From the NCBI GenBank assembly GCA_016191785.1, contig JACPVJ010000021.1:1-64000 (forward strand): a stretch of DNA of 64,000 nucleotides, read 5' to 3'. Shown in pieces: positions 47,919 to 58,629 of this stretch. The notes under the pieces were generated by a model. It was not told the origin of the DNA and made no database searches. It saw nothing but the letters and a program-made list of their open reading frames with translations. A program made the translations under genes and the position numbers. The stretch comes from Myxococcales bacterium (GTDB taxonomy: Bacteria; Myxococcota_A; Polyangia; Polyangiales; Polyangiaceae). Within the stretch, counting starts at the first letter, position 1, and the number at the start of each line of letters is the position of its first letter.

Positions 47919-50018
47919 ATGCCTGCGTCGCGCGCGGGAGCACTGGCCTTCGCGGCCGTGCTCGCGGTTGCGCTCGCGGGCTGCATCAAGCGGGGCGCCC
48001 CGGCGGGCCGCGACCTGGTGGCCGACGTCGACGTGGTGGGCGCGAGCGCCCTCGACGCTGACACGGTCGAAGACCGCCTGGCGACTCGCCCGCCGCCCTG
48101 GCCCCGATCCCTCGAGGGCCTCCTCTACGACTACGAGGTCTTCAACGACACGGTCCTCACCCGGGACCTCGAGCGGGTCGAGCGCTACTACCGCCGCAAG
48201 GGGTTCTACGAGGCGAAGGTCCGTGCGGCCCGAATCCATCGCGTCGATCCCCGGCATGTTCGGGTCGAGATCGTGGTCGACGAGGGCCCGGTGGTGGAGA
48301 TCCGCCGCGCCGACGTGAACGGCCTGGCCAACCTGCCGTTCGACGTGGCGGCCCGAGCGCTGTCAGTCATCACCCTCGACCCGGGCGATCGCTTCGACGA
48401 GGACGAGTTCGAGAAGAACGCGAAGGCCATCTCCCACGTGCTGGGCGACGCCGGCTACGCGTTCGCCGAGGTCAAGCACCGGGCGAAGGTGGATCTCGCC
48501 ACCCACACCGCCGACGTGACCTTCGAGGTCCAAGAAGGACAGGTCGCTCGTTACGGTCGGGTCCGGATCGTCGGCCTGCAGTCGATCCCGGAAGACCCGG
48601 TCCGCGCGGTGCTGGGCCTCGAAGAGGGGGCCGCGTACTCGCGCACCGACGTGGTCGATGCCCAAGAGGCGCTGCAGAACCTGGGTGTGTTCGCCTCCGT
48701 CGAGGTCCGGCAAGACAAGGCCAACCCCCAGAACGGTGAGGTGCCCATCACGGTGATCGTGCGAGAGGCCTCGCTCCGCACTCTGCGCGTGGGTGGAGGC
48801 GCACGCTTCGACGTGCTGCGACTCTCCAACCACGTTCGCGTGGGCTGGGAGCACCGCAACTTCCTGGGGGGAATGCGGCGCTTCAACATCGAGGCGCGGC
48901 CCGGCGTGACCTACTTCCCCACCCGCATCGGGCGGTTCGACACACCGACGCGGCTCTTGCCCGAGAACCGCGTGCACACCGAGCTCCGGCAGCCGTCGTT
49001 CCTGGAAGGGCGCCTGACCGGGTTCATCTCGGGCGACTACAGCATCTACCCGCTGCTCTACCCGCTCCCCGACAGCGTGGACCCGGAGAAAGAGCGGGTG
49101 ATCGGCTACCACGAGATCAAGGCCGCGACCGGGGTCGAGCGCGCGTTCTTCGGCCACCACCTGTTCGTGACGCCCTCGCTGAACTGGCAGGCCAACTTCC
49201 CCTTCACCTATCAGGGCGGCAAGCCCGACGGTCTCGACGCCGTGCGCGTGTCGTTTCCCGAGCTGTACGCGATCTTGGATTTCCGCGACGATCGCATCGA
49301 GCCAAAAGAAGGGTTCTACCTGGCCAACTCGGTCCAGGTCGCGGGCTACGTGTTCGGCGGGACGGTCAGCGACTTCCGCCTGCGGCCCGAGTTTCGAGGC
49401 TTTCTGCCGATGAGCAAGCACGTCACGCTGGCGACGCGCCTGACCACCGGTTTCCTCTTCCCCTCGGACTACGGCGAGACGCTGACGAGCGCGCAGGCGG
49501 CCAACGACCCGACGAATCCGGCGGTGGTGCGCGACCAGCACAAGCTGTTGTTCCGCGCCTTCTACTCCGGCGGCCCGAGCTCGAACCGCGGCTACCCGTA
49601 TCGCGGCGTCGGGCCCCACGGGCCGGTCGGGTTCCTCGTCCCCACCGGAGAAGACTGCGGTCGGCCCCTGGACCAGCTGCCGGCGGCTTGCATTCGCCCC
49701 CTGGGCGGCCTCACGCTTTGGGAAGCCTCCTTGGAAGTGCGATTTCCGGTGATCGGCCCGCTCTACGCCGCGACTTTCTTGGACGCGAGCGACGTCACAC
49801 GCAGAGTGGGTGAAATCCGCTTCGACGTGCCCCACATCTCGCCGGGCCTGGGCCTCCGCTACCGCACGCCGGTGGGCCCGCTGCGCGTCGACGCCGGCTA
49901 CCGCACGCCCTGGCTGCAGCAGATCGGCGAGGAAGATCTGGAGCGCCAGGAGGGGAACCCCGGGACGGTGTTCGGCCTGCCGATGGCGATTCACATCGCG
50001 CTCGGAGAGTCGTTCTGA
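47919..50018 (+). CDS. tamA: Omp85-family outer-membrane protein TamA (translocation and assembly module); N-terminus has a lipobox-like LAGC
   Basis: POTRA region then 16-strand-barrel-like C-terminal half ending in an aromatic residue; followed by tamB with TGATG overlap. Confidence 0.7.
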   Translation: MPASRAGALAFAAVLAVALAGCIKRGAPAGRDLVADVDVVGASALDADTVEDRLATRPPPWPRSLEGLLYDYEVFNDTVLTRDLERVERYYRRKGFYEAKVRAARIHRVDPRHVRVEIVVDEGPVVEIRRADVNGLANLPFDVAARALSVITLDPGDRFDEDEFEKNAKAISHVLGDAGYAFAEVKHRAKVDLATHTADVTFEVQEGQVARYGRVRIVGLQSIPEDPVRAVLGLEEGAAYSRTDVVDAQEALQNLGVFASVEVRQDKANPQNGEVPITVIVREASLRTLRVGGGARFDVLRLSNHVRVGWEHRNFLGGMRRFNIEARPGVTYFPTRIGRFDTPTRLLPENRVHTELRQPSFLEGRLTGFISGDYSIYPLLYPLPDSVDPEKERVIGYHEIKAATGVERAFFGHHLFVTPSLNWQANFPFTYQGGKPDGLDAVRVSFPELYAILDFRDDRIEPKEGFYLANSVQVAGYVFGGTVSDFRLRPEFRGFLPMSKHVTLATRLTTGFLFPSDYGETLTSAQAANDPTNPAVVRDQHKLLFRAFYSGGPSSNRGYPYRGVGPHGPVGFLVPTGEDCGRPLDQLPAACIRPLGGLTLWEASLEVRFPVIGPLYAATFLDASDVTRRVGEIRFDVPHISPGLGLRYRTPVGPLRVDAGYRTPWLQQIGEEDLERQEGNPGTVFGLPMAIHIALGESF

Positions 50019-53000
50019 TGCACAAGACCACGCTGCGCCCGCCGCCCACGGTCGCCGACCGCGGCACCCGGCGGCAGCGCGTGGTGCGGGCCGTGGGCCG
50101 AGTGCTCTCGGCGCTCGGGCTGACCGTCACCTTCGTGGCGGGGCTGGGCTCGGGGGTGGCGCTGCACATCGATCTGCCCGCCTCGCGACGGCTGGCCTCG
50201 GACCTCTTGTCGAGCTCGCTGGTCGGGGTGTTCCACGGCGAGCTTCGCACCGGAGAGATCCAGGAGCTCAGCCTGCGCGGCGCGACCCTGAACGAGGTCA
50301 CGGTCAAAGACGAGGCGGGCAACACCGTCATCACGCTGAACGATCTCCGGGTGCGGACCGACGTGCTCGCCCTGCTCCACGAGGTGCTCACCGCCAAAGA
50401 GCGCATCACCCTGAGCATTCGGCACATCCGCGCCGGGCGCGCCGACGTCCTGGTGATCCCCGACGAGCACGGCGTGCCCACCCTGGCCCGCGCGCTGACC
50501 CCCGTGCCCACCTCGCCGAGCGCCGAGCCGAAGACCCCGAGCGCACCCTCGCGACCGCTGCGGCTGTGGCTGCCGCAGATCGAGATCGGGCGCATCGACG
50601 CCCGCGGCACCGTCGCCGGTCTGCCCACGCTCGAGGTGGGCCTGGGCGGCGTGCGCGGCTCGGTGCTGGCCACCCCCAAGGGCGCGGCGATCGACGTGCA
50701 CCGCTACGGCATGACGGTGCGCGGGCTGGGCGGGACCGACGCGACGGGCACCGGCGAGATCCACATCCGCGCGCCGGGCGCAGTCTGGACCAGCTTCAAC
50801 GGCTACTTCGGTAACCTGCCGGCCTCGAGCTCGGTCTACGTCAAGGGCAAGACCATCAAGGCGTCCGTCGACGTGCCGAAGGCGCTGCCCGAAGACGTGC
50901 GCGCCTTGCTCGCGGACTGGCCCGTGCTCGAACCGGTGGCGGCGCACGTCGAGGCCACCGGCGAGCTGCCCAAGCTCGAGACGCAGGCCCGCTTCGAGGT
51001 CGGCGACGCGCGCCTGACCTCGGCCGGCAGCGTGCGCTTCGCGCCCGAGCTCGAGATCGATCTCGACGTGCAGGGCCGCGGCGTCGACATCCGCGCCCTG
51101 TGGCCCAAGGCCCCGAAGACAGCGGCCGACCTGGATACGTCGCTTTCGATCTGGCAGAAGCGCGGGCAGATCTCGGTCGAGGTCAACGGCACCACCGCCG
51201 AGACGACCTTCGTGGGCCAGCTGGTCCCGCCGATGGATGTCTCGGGCTCGTGGGACCCCAAGGGGTTCGTCGGCAAGGCCACGCTGCACGAGGTCGGCAT
51301 GCCGCTCAAGGTCGGCTTCACCGTCCACCCCGACGGAGCGGTGGATCTGGACGCGCGCGCGCGGTCGTTCCAGATGGAGCTCGCGCCCCGTCTGAAGAAG
51401 CTGACGCCGGCCCGGGGCCGGGCCGACGCGCAGGTGAAGGCTCGGGTCGAGAAGAACACCCTCGATGCCACGCTCTCGGCCGATGTCTCGGGGTTCGCGC
51501 TGGCCGACGTGAAGCTCGCGCGTGGCCACGTCACGGGCCACGCCAAGGGCAAGCTGACCGAGCTCGAGAAGCTGTCGATCGACGCCAAGGTGACGGGCTC
51601 GGACTTCAGCGCCCGCGGGCAGAGCTTCGGCAAGGTCAGCGCCACCGCCAAGGGCCCGGTGATCCGCCCGGCGCTCACCGCCACGCTCACCGATCAACAC
51701 GGGCCCGAAGTGCGCGCCAGCGGCACCCTCGAGGCGAAGGGCAAGCCGGCGGTCAAGAACGTGGCCGTGCAGGTCAAACGGGACGACGCGGTGCTGACGG
51801 GGAAGATCGCCCACCTCGATCTGGACGCCCAGGACGTGGTGGTCGACAGCATGAAGCTGACCGGCGCCGGGGGAGAGCTCGGGGGCAAGGTCCGGATCTC
51901 GAAGGGCCGCGTCGAGGTCAAGGCCAAGGGCGAGCGCCTGGATCTGGACGTGGTGTCGCGAGCCCTGGGGCTTCGGCGCGGGATGCTGGGGGGCACGCTC
52001 AACATCGACGCCGACATCATCGCGAGCAAAGAGAAATCCACCGGGCACGTGAAGCTCGGCCTCGGCAAGGGCTCGATCGCCGCGGTCGGCGGCATCTCGA
52101 TGTCCCTGGACGCGACCCTCGACGGCGAGCACATCGAGGGCAAGGCCTCGGGCGTCGTCCAAGACATCGGGGCGTTCGGCGCCACCTGGCAGTCCGAGCT
52201 CAACGGCAACCCGGCCGAGCGAGCATCCTGGCTGGGCATGACCGGCGACGGCGAGATCGGGCTCAGCGACATCCAGCTCTCGCTCTTGCGGATGGTGCTG
52301 CCGAAGTCCGCCCGCATCGAGCGGGTCGCAGGCACCGCCTTCGCGCGGCTGCGCGTCGAGCGGCTCGCGCCGAAAGAGCTTCCGAACGCCCGCATCGAGA
52401 TCGCCGGCACCCGCGGCCTCGAGGTGGTGCAAGCCGCGGCCAAGAAGGGCGACAGCCCCCGGGTCGTGCAGGGCATCGACGTCACCATGGTCGGCGGCGT
52501 CAGCGGCGAGAAGGGGGACGCCAGCGGCACCACCCAGCTGGTCGACGCGATTGGCCCCGTGGTCACCGCCAGCGGCACGGCCAGGGTCGCGTGGAAAGAG
52601 ATCGTCGCGGCGCCGGACGAGTGGCTGGGCCACGTGCTCGAGGCTCCGGTGATGGCGGTGATCACCCTGCACGAGCGCCCGTTCGCGCAGTTTCCGAAGC
52701 TGATCCGGCCCGAGGGGTTCCAGGGCACGGGCGCGGGGCGGGTGTTGTTCTCGGGGTCGGCCAGCGACCCCAAGCTCTCGGCCAACGTCGAGGCCCGCCA
52801 GATCCAGGCCACCTCGGGGCGCCGGGCGCTGCCGGTCGATCTGCGCGCGAACGGCGAGTACGAGCTCGCCAGCGGGCGGTTCGGCGCCAACGCCGAGCTC
52901 CACGCCGCGGGTCGCCGCATCGCCCAGCTGAGCACCAAGGGCAACGCCAGCGTGGTCGACGGGTCGTGGACCGGCGGCGCGCACCTGGCGCTCGAGGGCA

Positions 53001-54655
53001 CGCCGCTGACCGTGGTGCCGGGCTTCGCCGACGCGAAGGTCGCCGGTGCGCTGCAGGGGAACGTCGCGCTCCAGCGCACGTCGGCCGATGCGCCACCCCA
53101 GCTGTCGGCGAACGTCGACCTCACCGGCGCCAGCGTGGACGGCGTCAGCGTGGGCCGCGGCACCGTGTTGGTGCGCTCCGACGGCAAGCAGCTCCGAGCC
53201 CAGGCCGAGCTCGACGACGGGCGCGGCCGACTCACCGCCGAGGCGCGGCTGGGCCTGGACTGGGGCGGAGCCCTCCCCGCGCTCGATCGCGCCCGCCGAG
53301 TGCTGCTCAGCGCCGAGGCTCGGGGCTACGACGCGGTCGTGCTGTCGCCGTTCTTGCGCGACATCTTCTCGCGGCTCACGGGCAAGGTCGACGGGCGCAT
53401 CACCGCGACCCTCGAGCCGCAGCTGAAGGCGAACGGCAAGCCCACCGGGCAGTTCGAGACCGACGTCGACGGCCGCGCCACCGTCACTCAGGGCGTGCTC
53501 CACATCGCGCCCCTGGGCATCGAGTTCCGCGACGTGACCTTCGGCGCCACCGCCAAGAAAGCCGGCGGCTTCACCCGGGTGAACGTCTTCGACATCGAGG
53601 GCAAGGCCCGATCCGAGAAGGTGAACCTGCGGGCGCTGGCCAACCTCTACTTCGACGGCGTGCGCATGACGCGCGGCAACGCCTCGCTCAGCATGACCGA
53701 GGTTCCGGTGATGTTCCAAGGGGTCTCGCAGGCCATCGCGAGCGGCTCCGCGACGCTCAAGCTCGAGCGCGAGGAAGAGCGCATGGTGGTCACGGTGGAC
53801 ATCCCCAACCTGAACGCGCGCCTGCCCCAGGCCTCGGGGCGCGAGGTCGTGGACGTCGCCGACAACCCTGCCATCCAGGTGCTGCAGGCGCTGAAGGAGC
53901 CCAAGGTCGAGCGCACCGGCACGGTCTTGCCGTGGCGATTCGTCGTGAACCTGAAGCGCGGCGTGCGCATCACCCGCTCGGACCTCGACCTGCCCCTGGT
54001 CGGGCAGCCGGTGATCGATCTCGAGAAGAAGGCGGTGGTCGGCGGGTACATCGAGCTCGAGCCCGGCGGGCGGTTCCAGTCGTGGGGCAAGACCTGGGTC
54101 ATCGAGGCGGGCCGCGTGGTGTTCGACACCCCCGAGCCCAGCGACCCGCACCTCTTGGCCACCGCCAGCTGGCGCGCTCCCGACGCCACGGTGGTCTACG
54201 TCGACGTGCGCGGCACGCTGAAAGACGCCAAGCTCAAGCTGTCGAGCGACCCTGCCCGCACCGAGCCCGAGATCATGGCGCTCTTGTTCGGCGGGTCGTC
54301 GAGCGGGGCCAGCGACGAGGCCTCGGGGGCGCGCACCCGCGAGACGGCCGCTGCCGGCGGCATCGCCACCGCGTTCAACACGCTCTTCGCCGACGCCCTG
54401 GTCGGCAGCGTCGAGCTTCGCACCGGCACCGACGAGAACAAGGCCAGCTACACCGCGGCAGTGCGCCTGAGCGAGAGCGTCTGGTTCGAGGGCACGTACC
54501 GAAACCGCCTCGAACAACAGCAGAACACCACCGGCACCGAGCCGGTGGACGTGAGCGGCACGGTGGACTGGCGGTTCCAGCGCAACTGGTCGCTGCGGAC
54601 CGAGGTCGGCACGCTCGGCACCGGGCTCGACCTGCTCTGGCAGTATCGGTACTGA
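50018..54655 (+). CDS. tamB: Translocation and assembly module subunit TamB (DUF490 C-terminal domain), 1545 aa
   Basis: N-terminal signal anchor, very long repetitive beta-rich body, conserved C-terminal DUF490-like region (SYTAAVRLSESVWFEGTY...WQYRY). Confidence 0.75.
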   Translation: MHKTTLRPPPTVADRGTRRQRVVRAVGRVLSALGLTVTFVAGLGSGVALHIDLPASRRLASDLLSSSLVGVFHGELRTGEIQELSLRGATLNEVTVKDEAGNTVITLNDLRVRTDVLALLHEVLTAKERITLSIRHIRAGRADVLVIPDEHGVPTLARALTPVPTSPSAEPKTPSAPSRPLRLWLPQIEIGRIDARGTVAGLPTLEVGLGGVRGSVLATPKGAAIDVHRYGMTVRGLGGTDATGTGEIHIRAPGAVWTSFNGYFGNLPASSSVYVKGKTIKASVDVPKALPEDVRALLADWPVLEPVAAHVEATGELPKLETQARFEVGDARLTSAGSVRFAPELEIDLDVQGRGVDIRALWPKAPKTAADLDTSLSIWQKRGQISVEVNGTTAETTFVGQLVPPMDVSGSWDPKGFVGKATLHEVGMPLKVGFTVHPDGAVDLDARARSFQMELAPRLKKLTPARGRADAQVKARVEKNTLDATLSADVSGFALADVKLARGHVTGHAKGKLTELEKLSIDAKVTGSDFSARGQSFGKVSATAKGPVIRPALTATLTDQHGPEVRASGTLEAKGKPAVKNVAVQVKRDDAVLTGKIAHLDLDAQDVVVDSMKLTGAGGELGGKVRISKGRVEVKAKGERLDLDVVSRALGLRRGMLGGTLNIDADIIASKEKSTGHVKLGLGKGSIAAVGGISMSLDATLDGEHIEGKASGVVQDIGAFGATWQSELNGNPAERASWLGMTGDGEIGLSDIQLSLLRMVLPKSARIERVAGTAFARLRVERLAPKELPNARIEIAGTRGLEVVQAAAKKGDSPRVVQGIDVTMVGGVSGEKGDASGTTQLVDAIGPVVTASGTARVAWKEIVAAPDEWLGHVLEAPVMAVITLHERPFAQFPKLIRPEGFQGTGAGRVLFSGSASDPKLSANVEARQIQATSGRRALPVDLRANGEYELASGRFGANAELHAAGRRIAQLSTKGNASVVDGSWTGGAHLALEGTPLTVVPGFADAKVAGALQGNVALQRTSADAPPQLSANVDLTGASVDGVSVGRGTVLVRSDGKQLRAQAELDDGRGRLTAEARLGLDWGGALPALDRARRVLLSAEARGYDAVVLSPFLRDIFSRLTGKVDGRITATLEPQLKANGKPTGQFETDVDGRATVTQGVLHIAPLGIEFRDVTFGATAKKAGGFTRVNVFDIEGKARSEKVNLRALANLYFDGVRMTRGNASLSMTEVPVMFQGVSQAIASGSATLKLEREEERMVVTVDIPNLNARLPQASGREVVDVADNPAIQVLQALKEPKVERTGTVLPWRFVVNLKRGVRITRSDLDLPLVGQPVIDLEKKAVVGGYIELEPGGRFQSWGKTWVIEAGRVVFDTPEPSDPHLLATASWRAPDATVVYVDVRGTLKDAKLKLSSDPARTEPEIMALLFGGSSSGASDEASGARTRETAAAGGIATAFNTLFADALVGSVELRTGTDENKASYTAAVRLSESVWFEGTYRNRLEQQQNTTGTEPVDVSGTVDWRFQRNWSLRTEVGTLGTGLDLLWQYRY

Positions 54656-54669
54656 AGTCCCGGCGCGCG

Positions 54670-57600
54670 GTGTACGCTACGGACCCAGTGCGTCCTCGCG
54701 ACCTCGTCGGCGATCGCTTCCGCGTCCTGGGCCGCGCCGGTGCGGGCGGCATGGGGGTGGTCTACCGCGCGGAAGATCTGTCTACCGGCGAGCACTGCGC
54801 GCTGAAGGTGCTGCACGCCGACCAGAAGCCCGACCGCTTCCTGCGCGAGGCGGCGGTGCTCGCCGAGCTGTCTCACCCCGCGGTGGTGCGGTACATCGCG
54901 CACGGCATCACGCCCAAGGGCGAGGTCTACCTGGCCATGGAGTGGCTGGAAGCGACCAGCCTCGCTTCTTACATCGCGTCGCGCCGGCTCGGCTTCGGCG
55001 AGTGCCTCACGCTCTTGCGTCGGGTGTGCGCAGGCCTCGCGGTGGCCCACCGGCTGGGCGTGGTCCACCGTGACCTCAAGCCCGGGAACATCTTGGTCCC
55101 CGACGGCGTGCTGGGCAACGCCAAGCTCATCGACTTCGGCATCGCGCGCCGGCGCTTCGACCCGCGCATCACCGAGCGCGGCCTGTTGATCGGCACCCTG
55201 GCCTACATGTCGCCCGAGCAAGCGCGCGGGTCCGCGCACATCGAGCCGGCGTCAGACGTGTTCTCCCTCGGCAGCGTGGTCTACAAGTGCATGACCGGCG
55301 ACACGCCCTTTGGCGGCGGCGACTCGACGGCCGTGCTGGCCAAGGTCTTGCTCGACGAGCCGACGCCGCTCCGCGAGCTGTCGGTGGCGGTCCCCGAGGC
55401 GTTCGACGATCTGGTGAGTCGCATGCTCGCCAAGGCGCCCGAGGCGCGCCCGCGGGACGCCGGTTCGCTGCTCGGGCAGTGCGACGCGCTGGGCACGGCA
55501 CCGGCCGAGACCCGAGCCGTGCCCGGGATCACCGGCCGCGAACAGCGGGTGGTCTGGATCGCACTGCTCGGGGGGCTGCCGGCCGACGACGGCGAAACGC
55601 GACAAGAGACCGAGCCCCAAATCGCCCGCGCCCCCGAGAGTCGCCTGGCCGACACGGTGGTGGCCTCGGGCGGGCGGTTCGACACGCTGGCCAACGGCGC
55701 CCGGATGGCGAGCTTCGTGGGCGGCGGCGCGCCACGGGACGAGGCCTTGCGCGCGGTGCGCGTGGCGCGGACCATGCACCAGCTCTTTCCGGATCGCGCC
55801 ATCGCTCTGGCGTCGGGGCTGGGCGTGGTAGGCGGGCGCGCGCCGGTCGGCGAGGCCATCGAGCACGGCGTCGCGTTGCTCGCGAAGACGGCACCCGGCC
55901 AGGTCGCCCTGGACGAGAGCACCGCCGGGTTGATCGCCAGCGTCTACGAGCTCGAGCGCGACAGCCGCGGAGCGGCGCTGCTCGGCAGCAAGGGCACGGC
56001 CGACGGGATCCGGCGCCTGCTCGGGCGTCCGACCACCATGGTCGGCCGCGAACGCGAGCTGTTCATGCTCGAAGAGCTGATCGACGAGTGCGTGGACGAG
56101 CCGGTGCCGCGCGCGGCGCTGGTGATTGCGCCCGCGGGCGTCGGCAAGTCGCGGCTGCGTTACGAGCTCTTGGCCCGGCTGCGAGCGCGCCATCCGGACG
56201 CAGACGTGCTGTTTGGGCGCGCCGAGAGCGTGAGCGCCGGCTCGCCGTTCGCGTTGCTCCGGGGCGCGCTGCGCACGCTGGCCGGGCTCTGCGACGGCGA
56301 GGGCGTCGAGCAGAGCCGAGCGAAGCTGACCGCCCGGGTGGCGAAGCACCCGCTCGCCGGCAGCGACGTCCAGCGCACCACCGTGTTCCTGGGTGAGCTC
56401 GCCGACGTGAGCTTTCCCGATGGTGCCCACCCCTCGCTCTTGGCGATGCGGCAGAACCCGACCCTCCTCGGCGACGCGATGCGCGGCGCCTTCCTCGACT
56501 TCATCGCGGGCGAGTGCGCCGCCCACCCGGTGATCGTCGTGCTCGAGGACCTGCACTGGGGAGATCTCCCGTCCGTCAATCTCGTCGAAGCGGCGCTCGC
56601 CACCCTTCCCGAGCTGCCGCTGTTCGTCCTGGGGCTCGGCCGCCCCGAGGTGGCGGACGTCTTGCCGAACCTCTGGCAGAAGCGAGAGCCTCTCGAGATC
56701 CGCCTCGGCCCCCTCCGCAAGAGCGCGGCGCTCTCGCTCGCGCACGAGGTGCTGGGCGAGGGCGCGGACGCCGCACGCCTGGAGCGCGCGGTCGACCTCG
56801 CCGATGGCAACGCCTTCTTCCTGGAAGAGCTGCTGCGCTCCCTGGCCGAGGGGCAGCGCGACTTACCCGAGACGGTCTTGGGCATGGTGCAGACCCGGCT
56901 CGAGGCCCTGGGCCCCGAGCCTCGCCGGATCTTGCGCGCGGCATCGATCTTCGGCGCGCACTTCTGGACCGGCGGCGTGCAGGCGGTGCTGGGCGGCGAC
57001 GCGGAAGAGACCTTCGTCTCCATCGAGCTCGATGAGCTGAACCGCCGCGAGCTGATCTCGGCCAGCGCGCGCTCATCGTTCGCCGGCGAGGCGGAGCACG
57101 TGTTCCGCAACGGCACGTTGCGCGAGGCGGTCTACTCCACGCTCACGCCGGAGGACCGCGCCCTCGGCCACCGCCTGGCCGGCTCGTGGCTCGAAGAGGC
57201 AGGGCTGACCGACGCGTTGGCGTTGGCCGAGCACTTCCGGCGCGGCGAGCTGCCGGAACGCGCCGCCCGCTACTACCTGGCCGCTGCCCGCGAGGCCCTC
57301 GAGGGCAACGACCTCGAGGCACTGCTGGCGCGAGTCGATCGCGCGCTCGAGATGGCGCCGGACGAGACCACCCGCGGCGAGCTGCACTATCTGGCGGCCG
57401 ACGCCCGCTTCTGGCGCGGCGAGTACACCGAGGCCGAGCGCCACGCCCGCGCCGCCGTGGACCTGCTCGCGCCGGGCTCGGCGCGCTGGTACGTCTCGAT
57501 TGGCGCGCTGTGCAGCGCAGTCGGAACCCTGGGCAGAGACCAAGAGCTGATCGCCTGGGGGGCCCGGGCCGCAGCCCAGGTCGCGGTAGGCGAAGAGGCC

Positions 57601-58539
57601 CGAGCCAACCAGGTCGTCGCGCTGATCCGCGCCTCCCACGGGCATCTCAAGCTCGGTCTGACCGACGCCGCCGACACGCTGATCGCCACGGCCTCGGACT
57701 TGAGCGGCGAGCTCGACGCGCTCGCGGCCTTGGGCCGAGCGTGGGTGCATCATGGCAAGAGCGCGCGCGCCTACTACGCCGGCGACGTGAGCCGATTCAT
57801 GTCCGAGGTCGAGGCCTCGATCGCCGCCTTCGACGCCATCGGGGACGTGCGCACCGGCACCAACGCCCGCGCCAATCTGGGCTACGCCGCCCTCTCGGCG
57901 GGTGACATCGACCGCGCCCTGCGACTGCTGGAAGAGGCCCTGGCCCTCACCGAGCGCTTCGGCATGGCCGGCATCGGTCACTATGTGATGCACAACCTCG
58001 GCTTGGCGCTCGCCTATCGCGGACAGTTCGAGCGCGCCATCGAGATGGAACGCCGCGCCATGGTCGAAGCCGAGACCCGGCAAGAGACGCTCTTGATGAG
58101 CGCCACGCACCTGTACCTGGCGCTCATCTTGCTGATGAGCGGCGACCCCGCGGGCGCCGAGGTCGAGGCCAAGGTCGCGTTTGCCGCCGCCCCGACCGTA
58201 CCCATCGTTCGCGCTCAGGCCCTTGCCGCCGAGTCCGCGGCGCTGCTCGCCCAGGGGCGGGTCGAGCCGGCGCTCGCCCAGGCCCGCGCCGGGCTCGGGT
58301 TGCTCGACGAGCACGGCGGCAGTGACGAGACCGAGGGCCGGGTGCGCGCCGCCTTCGTCGAAGCGGCCCGAGCCGCGGGTCACGTCGACGAGGCTCGCAG
58401 GGCCGCGGCGATCGCGGTCGAGCGTCTGCGAAAGCGCGCGGACTCGTTCCGCGACGAGCGCCTCTCGCGCGCCTTCCTCCAGAACGTGCCCGAGCACGCT
58501 CGCCTGGTGGCGCTGGCCGCGGAGCTCGGGGTGGGGTGA
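54670..58539 (+). CDS. Multidomain Ser/Thr protein kinase with AAA-type NTPase (STAND-like) and TPR domains, PknK-like, about 1289 aa
   Basis: G-loop GRAGAGGMGVVYRA, HRDLKPGN, DFG, SPE. Walker A APAGVGKS; Walker B VIVVLEDLHWGD; C-terminal TPR-like helical repeats. GTG start 15 nt after the tamB stop. Confidence 0.85.
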   Translation: MYATDPVRPRDLVGDRFRVLGRAGAGGMGVVYRAEDLSTGEHCALKVLHADQKPDRFLREAAVLAELSHPAVVRYIAHGITPKGEVYLAMEWLEATSLASYIASRRLGFGECLTLLRRVCAGLAVAHRLGVVHRDLKPGNILVPDGVLGNAKLIDFGIARRRFDPRITERGLLIGTLAYMSPEQARGSAHIEPASDVFSLGSVVYKCMTGDTPFGGGDSTAVLAKVLLDEPTPLRELSVAVPEAFDDLVSRMLAKAPEARPRDAGSLLGQCDALGTAPAETRAVPGITGREQRVVWIALLGGLPADDGETRQETEPQIARAPESRLADTVVASGGRFDTLANGARMASFVGGGAPRDEALRAVRVARTMHQLFPDRAIALASGLGVVGGRAPVGEAIEHGVALLAKTAPGQVALDESTAGLIASVYELERDSRGAALLGSKGTADGIRRLLGRPTTMVGRERELFMLEELIDECVDEPVPRAALVIAPAGVGKSRLRYELLARLRARHPDADVLFGRAESVSAGSPFALLRGALRTLAGLCDGEGVEQSRAKLTARVAKHPLAGSDVQRTTVFLGELADVSFPDGAHPSLLAMRQNPTLLGDAMRGAFLDFIAGECAAHPVIVVLEDLHWGDLPSVNLVEAALATLPELPLFVLGLGRPEVADVLPNLWQKREPLEIRLGPLRKSAALSLAHEVLGEGADAARLERAVDLADGNAFFLEELLRSLAEGQRDLPETVLGMVQTRLEALGPEPRRILRAASIFGAHFWTGGVQAVLGGDAEETFVSIELDELNRRELISASARSSFAGEAEHVFRNGTLREAVYSTLTPEDRALGHRLAGSWLEEAGLTDALALAEHFRRGELPERAARYYLAAAREALEGNDLEALLARVDRALEMAPDETTRGELHYLAADARFWRGEYTEAERHARAAVDLLAPGSARWYVSIGALCSAVGTLGRDQELIAWGARAAAQVAVGEEARANQVVALIRASHGHLKLGLTDAADTLIATASDLSGELDALAALGRAWVHHGKSARAYYAGDVSRFMSEVEASIAAFDAIGDVRTGTNARANLGYAALSAGDIDRALRLLEEALALTERFGMAGIGHYVMHNLGLALAYRGQFERAIEMERRAMVEAETRQETLLMSATHLYLALILLMSGDPAGAEVEAKVAFAAAPTVPIVRAQALAAESAALLAQGRVEPALAQARAGLGLLDEHGGSDETEGRVRAAFVEAARAAGHVDEARRAAAIAVERLRKRADSFRDERLSRAFLQNVPEHARLVALAAELGVG

Positions 58540-58629
58540 GAACCTGCGCGCGCCGAGCCTGGCAAGGTCTAGACGGTCGATCACCGCAGCGGACGCTCGC
58601 CCGGGCGTGGTCGCGCCCGCGGGAGCGTC

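Noticed and set aside
51100-58539. 2479-aa plus-strand ORF
   Set aside because: The first about 1190 codons are an alternative frame running through tamB. Kinase motifs begin only after 54670, which is where the real gene starts.
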